A stretch of 64,000 bases of DNA from Octopus bimaculoides. Its lineage: Eukaryota. The stretch lies in the NCBI RefSeq assembly GCF_001194135.2, contig NC_068984.1:87142620-87206619 (forward strand). Reading direction: 5' to 3'. The notes below the pieces were generated by a model that was given only the letters and a program-made list of their open reading frames with translations, did not search any database and was not told the DNA's origin. This document shows positions 62,769 to 64,000 of the stretch, one piece after another. Made by a program: the position numbers and the translations under genes. Numbering within the stretch: the stretch's first letter is position 1; every line of letters starts with the position of its first letter.

Positions 62769-62904
62769 TTGAGAAATTGCAGGAAGTCGAAAGGTGTCGT
62801 TTGTGAGTTTGTGGAGTTGCAGGAAATTGTTGAAAGGTTGATATAGTTCGTTGAGAATTGTTTTGGATTGGTTACAGTTGTTGGCAGAGTATCTGGGAAC
62901 ACAT

Positions 62905-64000
62905 CAAGTGGAGACAGTTGGTGTCTACCCCGTTACATGGATATGTATATAACCCTGTTATAAGTCCACGTTATAAAAGTGGCATACGGCGCCACGTTAT
63001 AAAATTGGAGACAAGGATATCCACGTTATAAAAGTTTCACGCCAGCTTCAAGTGATTCATTGGTCAATTATTCTCGACTACTTCAAAAATAACTTTGAAG
63101 AGTCTTAAAATTGTAAGCATCATCGTGAAAACTGATAGTATGATCTCGGGAGTATTTTTAAACACAGTCAATTCGAATAAAAATTTTCATCTAAAATCCA
63201 AGAAAGGCCAAGAAATAAAAAGTTTGATTTTGATCATCAACAACTACAAAAAATCCAATATGATACCAAACAATTCATGAATTGATTGCAGTCACTGTTT
63301 TAACATTTCATCAAGTTTTAAATCGAGGTGACATCTATTGATAAAGCATCTTTCAGCTTTTACCAACGCAGTGTTGAACAGGGCAAGAACGAATAAAGCG
63401 TCTGAATTGCAGTGAAAAAAGAATGCATCATGTTTAGCAACACGAAGTCCGGCCAAACTGTCACATTGTTTATCGCAGCTTACAAAAATAGCTTCGCAAT
63501 GTTTTCATTAATTCTGTTTAACACAACTTATATAAACAGCCATAACTGCAGTATTGCCATAGCACTGAAACCGACAGTCTTCTAACGTATTTCGTTTTTA
63601 CAAATTGTTCTAAAAACTACTTAGACCATTTTCGGTATCCATCGTCGTAACTGAATAAATCCAAGAAGAAACTATTCTATGAAAGCTGTTTTCTTCTTGA
63701 AATCAATATTAACATATCGAACTATTTCGGTCAATTGCTCTCAATGCACTTGATCTGTGACGAAACTGAAAATGGGTCCAGAATATTAGGCCTTATGAAT
63801 GCTACACTGCAATATCTGGCAAGCAATACACACCATTAGCTGAATGCTTTTATTCTGCGTTGATATTCTAATATTATTACAGGTTCTTTTCTATATTACT
63901 GACATGTTCTTTAATGTCAAAATCAAAAGTTTGCCTACAATTTTAATATCCAACCCAAACAAGGAGGTTCCAAAACTATTTTTATCTTCCTAGGTATGAG
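62905..64000 (-). mobile_element. hAT (ZMYM1/Tip100-like) transposon remnant running off the window end
   Basis: IKEHV, EQLTEIVRYVNI..FLLGFIQ, LEDCRFQCYGNTAVMA, FFTAIQTLYSF..STLRW; subterminal CCACGTTATAAAA x3. Confidence 0.8.

Overview
AT-rich eukaryotic DNA, saturated with microsatellites and containing several N gaps. The SINE repertoire points to an octopus or other coleoid cephalopod (inferred from recognised repeat sequences, not from a search). Most of the window is transposable-element debris. DNA transposons: an internally deleted mariner, a Tigger/pogo, three hAT remnants (two ZMYM/Tip100-like, one Charlie-like) and hAT, Merlin-like, pogo-like and piggyBac-like MITEs. Retroelements: RTE and Expander LINE pieces, three Tx1/L1-clade pieces, four R4/Dong-like pieces plus another REL-endonuclease fragment, a Neptune/Poseidon-type Penelope element with GIY-YIG, five Naiad-type Penelope remnants, a probable Gypsy LTR start, and at least four SINE families. 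No complete, recognisable host gene is present. A CpG-rich region near 54.7-54.9 kb precedes a plausible first coding exon on the minus strand (MPRGLRRSFEAREIDVDNIRTIKNRRFQEIHAQ, then GTGAGT), with candidate downstream exons at 43.3 kb and 36.6 kb. The most unusual signals are variant-core hammerhead-ribozyme folds (67-103, 32360-32396, 58427-58470), a three-way Dong/Naiad/Tx1 retroelement mosaic at 55.3-58.4 kb, a (CATA)n-associated Dong-like family, and an unclassified 1.39 kb element bounded by 123-bp inverted repeats. Element boundaries were read by eye and are approximate unless TIRs or TSDs are quoted.
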